Positions 27,909 through 37,469 of a stretch of 64,000 bases of DNA are shown piece by piece. The notes below the pieces were generated by a model. That model made no database searches, was not told the DNA's origin, and saw only the letters and a list, made by a program, of their open reading frames with translations. Each line of letters opens with the position of its first letter. Within the stretch, counting starts at the first letter, position 1. This DNA is from Deltaproteobacteria bacterium (lineage in GTDB: Bacteria > Desulfobacterota > GWC2-55-46), in NCBI GenBank assembly GCA_016219115.1, contig JACRCH010000053.1, positions 7,322 to 71,321 of the forward strand. The letters run 5' to 3'. A program made the translations under genes and the position numbers.

Positions 27909-30272
27909 TTAAAAACTTTTAGGTGTCGTTTTGAATATTGGCGCGGCCCACTGTCCGTACTCGTCACCCTGCTTTTTCAAGTCCCTGACGGCATCGCTTT
28001 CGGCCTTCTTCTCATCGAGCCTTGAGTAGCACTGCGCCATCCTGTAGATGGCCCAGGACTTGTCCTCGTCCCCGTCTTTAAGCATCCCGGCAGCCGACCC
28101 GTACCGTTCGATGGCTTTTTTGAAGTTGCCGATGGCAAAACTCGAATCGGCGGCCGCGATAAAGGCGGCGGCCGCTTTTGACTTATCCCCTTTCGCCTCG
28201 AAGCTGGCCGCCGCCTTCTCAAAAAGACTTAAAGCGGAGGCGTGTCTGTCAAGCTTGGCCAACGACCTCGCCTTGAGAAACATGGACTCCGGGTCGCTTT
28301 CGTCCATGGAAGCGGCGACCTCCCCGTATTCTTTTTCAAGGTACGCAGTCTTGAGCAGTATCCTGTTGACCTCCGAAGCGTACCTGCTCTTCGGGAACCT
28401 CGCGAGGAATGCCTTGTAGAGCCTGTCCGTGGAAGCCGTGTCCTTCTGATGGAGATAAACCCTCCCGAGTTCCATCATCGCCTCCTCGGCCACGCTGTTG
28501 CTTCCCATCCTCGTGGCGCCGTCGAGGCTCTCGATGGCGTCGGTATAAAGGCCCAGCGCGACGAACGATTTACCGACCTTCAAGGACGACTCGGCCTTTT
28601 TGCCGAAAGGGATCTGATTTGAGTACCTTGATCCCGCTTCCGCCACGGCGGCGTAGTCGCCCTTCGAGTACAGGGTATCGATCCAGGCGTATACGAGCTT
28701 TCCGGCAAGCTGCTGCATATCCGCCCTGTAGGCGCTTGTGCTGAAGTCTTTCGGGAAGCTTTCGACTTCGTCCATGGCTTCCCTGAACCTGCCGAGCAGG
28801 GTGAGGCTGTCTATGAGGAACAGGTGCGTGACCTCGCTTCCGAGATACTTGCCGTCGGCGACCTTTCTGTAGAGTTTCTCAGCCTTGACCAGAGACTCGT
28901 TGTCACCTCCGAGACGGAGCGAATCGGCAAGCGACAGGCTCGCTATCGCCCACTCTTCGTCCCTGAGCATATCCTTTATCTTCGTATAGGTCGTCTCCGC
29001 TTCGGACTTGCGTCCTTCGGCCAGGTACGCGTCCCCCGCCCTGATGGCGAAAAAGGTAGTCGCCAACGCGTCTTGCAGATAGATCACGCGAAGCTTTTCA
29101 AATATAGCCCGTGCCCCGCCGAAGTTCCCTTTCCTCATGTATATATCGCCGAGGCTCATAAGGGATACCGGGTCCAGGTCCTCGGTATTTTTCACCCTGC
29201 CAAAGATATCCCATGCCTGCTCGAACTCTCCCTTGATCATGAGCGTGTCGGCAAGCCAGAGGTCCGCGCCGGGGAAACCAACGCTGTACGCCTTCTCAAA
29301 AAACTTTTTGGCGTCCCCGTACTTGTTCTCGTAAAAAAGGAGCCTCCCGCGCTGGAAAAGGGCCGCGGAACGGATATACCCCTCCGTGTCGTCCCTCAGT
29401 ATCTTCGAGTAATACCCGTGGGCCTCGGGTAAAAACCCTTTCGCCTCGTAGTAGTCGCCGAGAAGAAATAGCCCTAGCTTCGAAAACCCTGTGTCGGGAT
29501 TGAGCCTGAGCGTCGTCTCAAGCTCCGGGGCGTCTTCGCCTTCATCGAAAAACTTGTATATCGCCTGGAACACGGTCAATGAGGCCGGGTCAAGGGAGGG
29601 CTTTAAAGCGTCTATGCGCGAGTCCGCCTCCTCCAGGAGCCCGTCTTTGTCGTCTGATTTGAGGCCCAGCTCGTTTTTAAAAACACCGTTGACGAGGCCT
29701 TCGTCCCCGGCTACGTCCCGGCACAGAAGCTCCATGACCTTTTTCCTGTAGATCCATCTCCAGCCGCTGTTAAAGGTGACTGTCTTTTCGGCGGCCTTCA
29801 ATAACTCCGGGGGCTGCGCAGCGACCGCCGCGGGTTTTTGAGCCTTTGGGGCGGCTTTTGCGTTCTTTTTGGCCGCGGGCTGTTTCCGGTCTTTTCCGGC
29901 ACGCACATCTATGACGATCCTGAAAGGTTCGTCCCAGTTCGTCTGCTTTACCGCCGCCCCCTCCGTTACCTCGACATCGAGCCTGGCGACCTTGATGGCC
30001 CCGTCCATATCCCCTTTAAGTCCCTTTACCTTTATACTGCCGGTGGAAGGGAATTGCTCGGACGGCCACGAAGGGTTGACCTTGAACATCGTGATGGTAA
30101 CGGTAGCGCCTTTCCTTTTTACCTTGTACTTGACGGTTTCCGAGAGTTCCACGACCAGCCTGTGGTAGTCCTCATGAAGCCCTGTCCTTATATTGAGGAT
30201 AGTGGGCTGTCCAGCGTATGCCGGCAAGACCAGCAGCGCAAGCAGGATTATTGTAAAGAGGGTCCTCTTCAT
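27909..30272 (-). CDS. secreted AMIN-domain + TPR-repeat protein (about 787 aa)
   Basis: Signal peptide MKRTLFTIILLALLVLPAYA; an AMIN-like beta domain (LNIRTGLHEDYHRLVVEL...FRIVIDVRAG); a Lys/Ala/Pro linker; then more than 10 TPR-like repeats. The tracked ORF starts at 30314, but the sigma-54 promoter position favours 30272. Confidence 0.7.
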   Translation of the reverse strand: MKRTLFTIILLALLVLPAYAGQPTILNIRTGLHEDYHRLVVELSETVKYKVKRKGATVTITMFKVNPSWPSEQFPSTGSIKVKGLKGDMDGAIKVARLDVEVTEGAAVKQTNWDEPFRIVIDVRAGKDRKQPAAKKNAKAAPKAQKPAAVAAQPPELLKAAEKTVTFNSGWRWIYRKKVMELLCRDVAGDEGLVNGVFKNELGLKSDDKDGLLEEADSRIDALKPSLDPASLTVFQAIYKFFDEGEDAPELETTLRLNPDTGFSKLGLFLLGDYYEAKGFLPEAHGYYSKILRDDTEGYIRSAALFQRGRLLFYENKYGDAKKFFEKAYSVGFPGADLWLADTLMIKGEFEQAWDIFGRVKNTEDLDPVSLMSLGDIYMRKGNFGGARAIFEKLRVIYLQDALATTFFAIRAGDAYLAEGRKSEAETTYTKIKDMLRDEEWAIASLSLADSLRLGGDNESLVKAEKLYRKVADGKYLGSEVTHLFLIDSLTLLGRFREAMDEVESFPKDFSTSAYRADMQQLAGKLVYAWIDTLYSKGDYAAVAEAGSRYSNQIPFGKKAESSLKVGKSFVALGLYTDAIESLDGATRMGSNSVAEEAMMELGRVYLHQKDTASTDRLYKAFLARFPKSRYASEVNRILLKTAYLEKEYGEVAASMDESDPESMFLKARSLAKLDRHASALSLFEKAAASFEAKGDKSKAAAAFIAAADSSFAIGNFKKAIERYGSAAGMLKDGDEDKSWAIYRMAQCYSRLDEKKAESDAVRDLKKQGDEYGQWAAPIFKTTPKSF

Positions 30273-30328
30273 AGAAAGTACGCCTGAGTGTCTTTTAGAA
30301 TATGCCTTGGACATCGACAGCAGATAAA

Positions 30329-30344
30329 AGCAACAACCGTGCCA
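30329..30344 (-). promoter_or_regulatory. sigma-54 promoter of the AMIN/TPR-kinase-regulator operon
   Basis: The reverse strand reads TGGCACGGTTGTTGCT, a full match to TGGCACG-N4-TTGCW. Confidence 0.8.
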
Positions 30345-30513
30345 CTACGCTCGGTGCCGCTTTAAGAAGGAGGGCAACTTTTAGAAAATATCAATGAAAA
30401 ACAGCAGGTTTCGTGCTTGAAGCAGGTGCCGGCCCAAAGGGTCGGGAAAAGGAAAAAAGAAGAAACAGGGAGTTGAGTGACATCTTTAAAAACAGACGGC
30501 GTCAATAATATGA

Positions 30514-31929
30514 CTAAGCTACTCCGTTGGAAGGCTCAGTCGGGTCTATATGGTCCAACAGCCCTTTCCTCTTCATCTTCTCTATAAGGGTGGTCCTGTT
30601 GAGGTTAAGTATCTCTGCGGCCTTCTTCTTCACGCCGTTCACCTTGTTCAAGGCGTTCAGTATCAGGTCCTTCTCGAAGTTATCCACGGCGGTATTGAAG
30701 TCCATGCCTTCGGCAGAGAAAGAGGCGGCTGAGAAACCGGCGCTCTCCATGGAGACCTTCCTGATCTTATCCGGCAGGTCCCTTACAGTTATGCAAGAGT
30801 TGGGCTCTTTCAAGACCACAAGCCTCTCTACAAGGTTCTCAAGCTCCCTGATGTTGCCGGGCCAGTCATAACCTTCGAGCATCTTTACGGCCTCGGGGTT
30901 TATGCCCTTTACCGTCTTTTTCTTCCTCAGGGCTATCTTCTCTGTAAAGTGGCTGATGAGCAGCGCTATATCCTCTTTGCGCTCCCGCAGCGGAGGCAGG
31001 TGTATGGGGATGACATTGAGCCTGTAATAGAGGTCGTTTCTGAACTTCTTCTCCTCGACCGCGCGCTCCAGGTCCTGGTTTGTGGCCGCCACGACCCTCA
31101 CGTCAACCTTGATGGAGGACCTGCCGCCTACCCTCTCGAACTCCTTTTCCTGCAATACCCTCAGTATCTTTACCTGTAGCCCGGGGCTCATATCGCCTAT
31201 TTCATCAAGGAATACGGTACCTTCGTGGGCCGCTTCAAACCTGCCTATCTTCGTGGCTATCGCCCCGGTAAACGCCCCCTTCTCGTACCCGAAAAGCTCG
31301 CTCTCAAGGAGGTCCTCGGGGATGGCGGCGCAGTTTATCGGGACAAAGGGTTTGTTGTTGCGGGTGGAGCCGTAGTGCAGGGCCCTGGCCACAAGCTCTT
31401 TGCCTGTTCCGCTTTCGCCTAGTATAAGGACGGTGGAGTCGGTGTCGGCGATCTTCCCGATGACGTCCCTGACCTCCTGTATCTCGGAGCTTGTGCCGAG
31501 GATCGCCTCCGTGCAGTTCTTGGATATCTCTTTTTTAAGCTTAAAATTCTCAGCCTTGAGTGAATAGACTTCATAGGCTTTATCAAGGGTCACGAGGAGT
31601 TGGTCCTTGCCGAGCGGCTTCTGAAGGTAGGTGAACGCCCCGGCCTTCATCGCCTCGATGGTGGTCTCGATCGACCCGTAGCCGGTAAGAATTATGCAGG
31701 CCGTGTTGGGAGATACTGCCTTGACGGCCTTTATGACGTCTATGCCGCTTGCCCCAGGGAGTTTGAGGTCCGTCAGCACCACGTCGAAGTCCTTTTTCCT
31801 CGCGGCCTCTATCCCGGCCTCCCCGTTCGCGGCGGTAGTGACCTTATAACCGCTCATCTCAAGTATTTCGCTCGTGGATTCACGGATGAAATCCTCATCC
31901 TCTACTAAAAGAATGGTCCTCTCTCCCAT
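30514..31929 (-). CDS. sigma-54-dependent response regulator (NtrC family); candidate top-level flagellar regulator
   Basis: Receiver (ILLVEDEDF, VLTDLKLPG), GESGTGKELVARALH, EKGAFTGA and a C-terminal HTH (KKKAAEILNLNRTTLIEKMKR). It lies directly upstream of a sigma-54-driven operon. The master-regulator role is inferred. Confidence 0.85.
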   Translation of the reverse strand: MGERTILLVEDEDFIRESTSEILEMSGYKVTTAANGEAGIEAARKKDFDVVLTDLKLPGASGIDVIKAVKAVSPNTACIILTGYGSIETTIEAMKAGAFTYLQKPLGKDQLLVTLDKAYEVYSLKAENFKLKKEISKNCTEAILGTSSEIQEVRDVIGKIADTDSTVLILGESGTGKELVARALHYGSTRNNKPFVPINCAAIPEDLLESELFGYEKGAFTGAIATKIGRFEAAHEGTVFLDEIGDMSPGLQVKILRVLQEKEFERVGGRSSIKVDVRVVAATNQDLERAVEEKKFRNDLYYRLNVIPIHLPPLRERKEDIALLISHFTEKIALRKKKTVKGINPEAVKMLEGYDWPGNIRELENLVERLVVLKEPNSCITVRDLPDKIRKVSMESAGFSAASFSAEGMDFNTAVDNFEKDLILNALNKVNGVKKKAAEILNLNRTTLIEKMKRKGLLDHIDPTEPSNGVA

Positions 31930-32067
31930 GCGGCGCTCTCCTGTTGAGTCGAGTCGAGTTAATATGCTGGACGAGAGCGATTTTAGCTTAAAAGAAATCG
32001 AATGTCAATATTTTGAACATGCCGACGGACGGATTCTCGACACGCTGGCAGCGAAGGCAAAGTAGAA

Positions 32068-32095
32068 TTGACAAAACCGGTCATGATGATATTAT
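32068..32095 (+). promoter_or_regulatory. sigma-70-like promoter for the aminopeptidase gene
   Basis: TTGACA, 16 nt, TATTAT, located 57 nt upstream of the ATG at 32152. Confidence 0.45.
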
Positions 32096-32151
32096 GAGAT
32101 ACATTGACAAGAGGCTGGCGGCCTGAAATCCGTCATATCGGGGAGGAATCC

Positions 32152-33270
32152 ATGAATGAGGTCCTTAAAAATATCTACACGGTGAACCTTGGAGTCAACA
32201 GGGATGAACGGGCCCTGGTATTCACGGACCTTATAAGAGACACTGAGAAGGTCGAACCCCTGGAGCGCAAAAAGAGGGAAGACCTGAGAAAGATCGCCCG
32301 CGAAGTAGCCGAGGCAGGCAAAGGCCTGTGCGAGGTGAGCCTCCTGGAGTTCCCATCGGTAGAGGGCCACGGCAAGGAGCCGCCTAAAGAGCTCTGGGCG
32401 GCGGCCTTCGGTGAAAGGGCTGTAAAAGAGCTTGAGGACGAGGGCCTCCTTGGAAAGATACTCGACAAGTCTATCTACGATATAGACGAGGTCAGGAGCG
32501 CCGAGAGGCTCATAGACGAGTTCGGCAAGTCTCCCGATGTCATAATAGCGCTTTCAAACTTCTCCACATCCCACACCCGCTTCAGGAGTTATCTCACCAG
32601 ACTCAAGCGCGTGAGGTACGCGAGCATGCCTCTTTTCGAGAGGTCGATGATAGGGGGCGCGATGACGGCCGACTGGAATAAGGTCGCGTCACGCACAAAC
32701 AGGCTTGTAGAGATGATGTCCGGCGGCGATACCGTCGTCGTGACTTCCCACAACGGGACCTCGATCTCATTTTCGATGCAGCGAAGGGAAGTCCAGCCCG
32801 ACACCGGCATACTCACGAAACCCGGCTCGTTCGGCAACCTCCCGGCCGGAGAGGCGTTTTTGGCTCCCGTCGAGGGCACGGCCGAAGGGACCCTTATCCT
32901 TGAATGGTCGCCCACCGAAAAACTCAGGGAATCCATCACCCTTGAGGTGACCGGGGGAAAGGTAGTGAAGGTTACGGGAGGAGACAGGTACGCCGAAGAG
33001 CTGAGGGGAAAACTCGCTCTACATCCGCTCATGGGAAATATCGCGGAGCTCGGCATCGGCACTAACGACATGGCCTCAAGGCCCGACAACATCCTTGAGA
33101 CTGAAAAGATACTCGGCACCGTACACATAGCGCTCGGCGACAACTCGTCCTTCGGCGGAAGGGTCTCTGTCCCCTTCCATCAGGACTTCATATTCTTCAG
33201 GCCGACCCTCGAGGTGTTTAAAAGGGGAGAGAAGACAGAGCTGATAATCGACGGGGAGCCGAAGTTCTAA
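32152..33270 (+). CDS. aminopeptidase (M29/AmpS-like thermophilic metalloprotease family)
   Basis: About 372 aa with an NLPAGEAF motif and GTVHIALGDN, typical of the aminopeptidase T/S family. The start has a GGAGG SD. Confidence 0.7.
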   Translation: MNEVLKNIYTVNLGVNRDERALVFTDLIRDTEKVEPLERKKREDLRKIAREVAEAGKGLCEVSLLEFPSVEGHGKEPPKELWAAAFGERAVKELEDEGLLGKILDKSIYDIDEVRSAERLIDEFGKSPDVIIALSNFSTSHTRFRSYLTRLKRVRYASMPLFERSMIGGAMTADWNKVASRTNRLVEMMSGGDTVVVTSHNGTSISFSMQRREVQPDTGILTKPGSFGNLPAGEAFLAPVEGTAEGTLILEWSPTEKLRESITLEVTGGKVVKVTGGDRYAEELRGKLALHPLMGNIAELGIGTNDMASRPDNILETEKILGTVHIALGDNSSFGGRVSVPFHQDFIFFRPTLEVFKRGEKTELIIDGEPKF

Positions 33271-33274
33271 CAGG

Positions 33275-33484
33275 CTTTAATTTTTCCTTCGGTTAAATGG
33301 GTGTGCCAGCCGCAATCCCGTCGCTTTAGCGGCGGGTCAAGGCTGGCAAATACAAATGATCTTCCATACCATCAAAATTCTCCGTCATTTATGGCGGAGA
33401 ATTTTAATTAAGCGCGGCTCGCCGCGTACATAAAAACAGATATCCCAACGGAAACCCCGATAGCAAGGCAAAGCGGGGCGGTTC
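33275..33484 (-). repeat. repeat family 2 copy in inverted orientation, carrying a nested family 3 element
   Basis: The reverse complement reads GAACCGCCCCGCTTTGCCTTGCTATCGGGGTTTCCGTTGGGATATCTGTTTTTATGTACGCGGCGAGCCGCGCTTAATTAAA-[insert]-ACCGAAGGAAAAATTAAAG. Confidence 0.8.
33295..33407 (-). repeat. repeat family 3 (two-hairpin element) nested inside family 2
   Basis: The reverse complement is identical over roughly 85 nt to the copy at 56862-56973 (AAAATTCTCCGCCATAAATGACGGAGAATTTTGATGGTATGGAAGATCATTTGTATTTGCCAGCCTTGACCCGCCGC..). Confidence 0.85.
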
Positions 33485-33623
33485 ATAAAACAGAGCCGGT
33501 TCCCGGCTCTTCATATTCCTCTGACGAGGCGCCGATGTCCTGAGACCGACGAGACTCCGGCTGATTTCATAAGACCGCGCTCTTCCAGGTCTAAGGGCCT
33601 TAGACGGAGCTTTCCGGCTTTCC

Positions 33624-34043
33624 TCACTCACCTATTATCTTCACGAGGACCCGTTTTCTTCTCCTGCCGTCGAACTCGCCGTAGAATATCTGCTCCCATG
33701 TGCCGAAATCGAGCTCGCCCTGTGTCACGGCCACGACGACCTCTCTGCCCATCACCTGTCTTTTAAGGTGCGCTTCAGCGTTGTCCTCACCTGTATCGTT
33801 GTGGCGGTACCGGCTTACAGGGGCATGCGGGGCGAGCTTTTCAAGCCACACGTCGTAGTCGTGGTGGAGACCCTGCTCGTTGTCGTTTATGAAGACCGAA
33901 GAGGTTATGTGCATCGAGTTCACGAGCGCGAGCCCTTCCTTGATGCCGCTCTCCTTGACGCACTTTTCGACCTCGGTGGTGATGTTCACGAACCCACTTC
34001 TGGCCGGGACATTGAAAAAAAGCTCCTTACGGTACGACTTCAT
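33624..34043 (-). CDS. yjbQ: YjbQ/UPF0047-family protein (secondary thiamine-phosphate synthase-like)
   Basis: 139 aa starting [25 protein letters not shown]..; [12 protein letters not shown] and [13 protein letters not shown] are typical of the family. The upstream part of the tracked 396-aa ORF is Arg-rich off-frame read-through of fprA. Confidence 0.8.
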   Translation of the reverse strand: MKSYRKELFFNVPARSGFVNITTEVEKCVKESGIKEGLALVNSMHITSSVFINDNEQGLHHDYDVWLEKLAPHAPVSRYRHNDTGEDNAEAHLKRQVMGREVVVAVTQGELDFGTWEQIFYGEFDGRRRKRVLVKIIGE

Positions 34044-34057
34044 CCCGCTAGTCCGCC

Positions 34058-35236
34058 TTAAACGATATTGTTCGTCCTGTGCCTTATGGCTATCTCGCCG
34101 GCGAGCTTCTCGAGGGCCGCGTAGTCGTCTTCCTTCGGCCTCCCCTTGACCACGACAGGCGCGATGAGATCGACCTTGAGATTCGCTATCGTCGCGGTTA
34201 TCTGTTCGACCATCTTTCCGCCCCAGCCCATCGAGCCGATGATGGAGGCGAACTTGAGCTTTGGCCGGAGAGCGTTCACAAGAAACGCCGCCGAGATGAC
34301 CGAGGGGTGCGCGCCTGTCAGGACGGTTGGCGAACCTATGACTATCGAGGCCGCGTCGACCAGAGACATGACGAGTTTGCCGGTGTCGGTGGTGGCGAGG
34401 TTGAACCTCTGCACGCCTATGCCCTTCGAGGCGAGAGACTCCGTGAGGTAATCCACCATCAGCTCCGTTGACCCGTGCATGGTGGCGTAAGGCAGCAGCA
34501 CCGTATTTGACACCCTCTCGGAGACCCAGTCGCGGTGCGCCATGACTATCTTCTCGGAGTTCCTGTAGACCGGGCCGTGGCTCGGGGCGATGGTCTCCAC
34601 CGGGAACTGCTCGAACTTCTCGATATGCTTCCTGATGGTGGTCCTGAAGGGCATCATCACCTCGGCGTAGTACCTCTTGGCCGCCTCTATAGCCTTCCAC
34701 TCGTCCTCGACAAAGACGCTCGTTGTGGCGAGATGCGAGCCGAAGAGATCGCAGCTGAAGAGTATCCTGTCTTCCCTCAGGAAGGTAGAGAAAGTCTCGG
34801 GCCAGTGCACCCACGGGGTGGATATGAACTCAAGGGTCTTGCCGCCCAAAGACAGCTTCTCTCCTTCGGCCACAGTCCTGACCCTGTCGCCGTCTACGTT
34901 CAAAAGGTCGGAGAGAAACTCCTTGCCCTTGGAGTTAGTGATGACAATCGCGTCAGGGTACTTCCTGAGGACTTCGGGGATGGCGCCCGAATGGTCCTGC
35001 TCGGCGTGCTGGGATATTATGTAATCGAGAGATTCCACCTTTTCGAGATGATTCATCAGGACAGCGGTCTTGGTCGGGTCAACCGTGTCGATGAGAGCCG
35101 TCTTCCCGGTCCCCTTCACGAGATAGGCGTTATAGCTGGTGCCGTCCGGCAGAGGCACCAGCGCGTCAAAGAGGCGCCTGTCCCAGTCGGCCGCTCCGGC
35201 CCACCAGACGCCTTCGGTTATCTTCTTAAGCTCCAT
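34058..35236 (-). CDS. fprA: flavodiiron protein (FprA / rubredoxin:oxygen oxidoreductase type)
   Basis: Metallo-beta-lactamase-like domain with the diiron motif HAEQDHSGA, plus a C-terminal flavodoxin-like domain ([14 protein letters not shown]). Confidence 0.85.
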   Translation of the reverse strand: MELKKITEGVWWAGAADWDRRLFDALVPLPDGTSYNAYLVKGTGKTALIDTVDPTKTAVLMNHLEKVESLDYIISQHAEQDHSGAIPEVLRKYPDAIVITNSKGKEFLSDLLNVDGDRVRTVAEGEKLSLGGKTLEFISTPWVHWPETFSTFLREDRILFSCDLFGSHLATTSVFVEDEWKAIEAAKRYYAEVMMPFRTTIRKHIEKFEQFPVETIAPSHGPVYRNSEKIVMAHRDWVSERVSNTVLLPYATMHGSTELMVDYLTESLASKGIGVQRFNLATTDTGKLVMSLVDAASIVIGSPTVLTGAHPSVISAAFLVNALRPKLKFASIIGSMGWGGKMVEQITATIANLKVDLIAPVVVKGRPKEDDYAALEKLAGEIAIRHRTNNIV

Positions 35237-35313
35237 ATTGCCCCCTTCTCATTCAGATGTTGATGTAATCATATAACATACGGGCGCCGTGTTTTCAACA
35301 TGCCGCAGCGGCG

Positions 35314-36435
35314 TCAGAGCGCCCGTTTGAAGGCCACTGTGCCAAGAGTGATCGATACCGCAGCGAATACGGCCAGAAATATTATATCACCGTTTACCGC
35401 AGCAAGGTTAGCCCCCTTGAACAGAAGGGCCCTCAAGGCGTGCACCGAATATGTCTCCGGGTTCAACCGCGCGAACCCCTTGAGCCACCACGGGAAACTC
35501 TCCACGGGATAGATGGCGCCGCTGGGGAAAAAGAAGATGACGTTCAGGAAGCCTCCGAGCACGCCGACGATCCTCGGGTGGTTTATCCTCCCCATGATGA
35601 TGAACATCAGGCCCTGGAGTCCCAGTGTCGAAAGCACTATCACGGCGAGCATGAGGACCGCGGTCTCGAAAGTGAGCATCTGCCAGAGGTAAATGCCGGA
35701 GATGAGAGAACTGAGGAAAAGGACCAGCACCGCGAGTATCGTGGTGATGAGAAGCCCGCTTGCCACAAGGCCCATGACGATGTCCGTCCTGGTCAGAGGC
35801 GTCAGGAAATAACTCTCTTCAACGCCAAGGAACCTGTCCATCACGACGTTGAAGGCCCCTGTAGTCATAGCCCCGAGGAATATCGCCATTATCACCACGC
35901 CGGGGATAAGGGTCTGGTCGTAGTCGACCTTCCTGTACAGCTCTATATCGCGGAGATAAGTGACGCTGCGCTCCTCTCTTATGGGGATGAACTCCCTTTT
36001 AAGACCGGGCATCGCGCTTAGAAGCGCGCCTTGAATGGTATTGGACGAAATGCTCTCGGCGTTGTCAAGGAAGAGCCCGAGCTCCGGTCCGGTACTTCTC
36101 ATGATATCACGGCTGAAGTTAGGAGGTATTACAAGGACGGCCTTGTAGACGCCGTCCTTAAGCCCCTCCATGGCCGTGCCCTGGTCAGCGACCCTCACGG
36201 ACTTTATGGTCCTCGGACCGGCCTCGATGGAGCGCAGCAGCTCAAAGACCCTTGTGGCGTACGGCCCCCTGTCAAGGTCTACCACCGCCAGAGAGAGGTT
36301 CTTGAGTTCGCCCTGGAACGAGTTGCCCAGTATCACGAGATAGATGATCGGCATCAGGAGGCTCATCGCCACTACCAGAGGGTTCCTTACGAACTTCCTC
36401 AAGTCCCTTACGAATATTGCGTAAAATCGGGCCAT
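35314..36435 (-). CDS. ABC-2 type transporter permease
   Basis: 373 aa with an N-terminal TM segment, a large loop and five C-terminal TM segments (ABC2_membrane architecture). It is adjacent to the ATPase. Confidence 0.8.
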   Translation of the reverse strand: MARFYAIFVRDLRKFVRNPLVVAMSLLMPIIYLVILGNSFQGELKNLSLAVVDLDRGPYATRVFELLRSIEAGPRTIKSVRVADQGTAMEGLKDGVYKAVLVIPPNFSRDIMRSTGPELGLFLDNAESISSNTIQGALLSAMPGLKREFIPIREERSVTYLRDIELYRKVDYDQTLIPGVVIMAIFLGAMTTGAFNVVMDRFLGVEESYFLTPLTRTDIVMGLVASGLLITTILAVLVLFLSSLISGIYLWQMLTFETAVLMLAVIVLSTLGLQGLMFIIMGRINHPRIVGVLGGFLNVIFFFPSGAIYPVESFPWWLKGFARLNPETYSVHALRALLFKGANLAAVNGDIIFLAVFAAVSITLGTVAFKRAL

Positions 36436-36442
36436 CGGATAC

Positions 36443-37447
36443 CTATCTGCCCCATTTGGTCGGGACCCCGGCGCCGAGCAGAAAGCTCACCTTCTTCGCC
36501 TCCTCTTCCCTTATGGGCCTGCCGGTAAAGTGTATGAAGACGTCTTCGAGCGTCTGCTGCTTCAAGAGCACCCTTGTCAGGTTGCCGCCCATCCTTTTTA
36601 TCCCGTCCACAAGCTCGGGGATGGCGTTGGCTCCGTTGTCGGTAGCCACGATGAGCCTGTCATCCTTTACGACTACCGAATTGACCGCCGGGACGCTAGC
36701 CACCCGTTGAGAAGCCTCTTGAAGGTCGATGTTGCCGACAGTAAGCTCCACGACGTCTTTCTGTGGGATCTGTCTTTTGAGCCCTTCGACGGTGTCGAGG
36801 GCGACTATCTTGCCGTAGTCGATGATGGCGACGTGGTCGCAGAGAGACTCGGCCTCTTCCATGTAATGGGTCGTCAGGAGTATCGTGAGCTTATCCGTCT
36901 TCCTGAAGCTCTCAAGGAGTTCCCAGACCACATGCCTGCTCTGCGGGTCGAGCCCTATGGTCGGCTCGTCGAGTATGAGGATAGATGGTTTGTGGACCAG
37001 CCCTCTTGCTATCTCAAGGCGTCTACGCATCCCGCCGGAGTAGGTGGCCACGAGGTCGCCAGCCCTCTCCCTCAAGCCGACCATCCCGAGAAGCTCGTCG
37101 ATCCTCTCCAGCCTCTCTTTTTTCTCCATCTCGTAGAACCGGGCGTAGATGTCCATTATTTCAAAGCCCGTCAGGTCCAGGTCGCTTGTCATCGCCTGCG
37201 GCACCACCCCTATCCTTTGACGGACATGGGCGCGGTCTTTCACCACATCGAACGAGTTCACGCGGGCGGCGCCCGAAGTCGGCCGTATGAGGGTCGTAAG
37301 AATGCGGATGAGGGTCGTCTTGCCTGCGCCGTTCGGGCCCAGCAGGCCGAAGCAGTCCCCCTCGGGAATGGACAGGGTTACGCTGTCGAGGGCCTTAAGC
37401 TCCCCGTAAGTCTTCGTAAGGTCGACTATGTCTATCGCTGCGGCCAT
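36443..37447 (-). CDS. ABC transporter ATP-binding protein (DrrA-like)
   Basis: Walker A GPNGAGKTT, signature YSGGMRRRLEIA, Walker B ILILDEPT. Confidence 0.9.
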   Translation of the reverse strand: MAAAIDIVDLTKTYGELKALDSVTLSIPEGDCFGLLGPNGAGKTTLIRILTTLIRPTSGAARVNSFDVVKDRAHVRQRIGVVPQAMTSDLDLTGFEIMDIYARFYEMEKKERLERIDELLGMVGLRERAGDLVATYSGGMRRRLEIARGLVHKPSILILDEPTIGLDPQSRHVVWELLESFRKTDKLTILLTTHYMEEAESLCDHVAIIDYGKIVALDTVEGLKRQIPQKDVVELTVGNIDLQEASQRVASVPAVNSVVVKDDRLIVATDNGANAIPELVDGIKRMGGNLTRVLLKQQTLEDVFIHFTGRPIREEEAKKVSFLLGAGVPTKWGR

Positions 37448-37469
37448 CGGCTTATCTTTCCCTTACGGG

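Noticed and set aside
34044-34814. N-terminal 257-aa extension of the YjbQ ORF (tracked as a 396-aa ORF, 33624-34814).
   Set aside because: The extension is an Arg-rich alternative frame of the fprA coding region. YjbQ-family proteins are about 140 aa, and a clean ATG (34041-34043) starts the conserved part.
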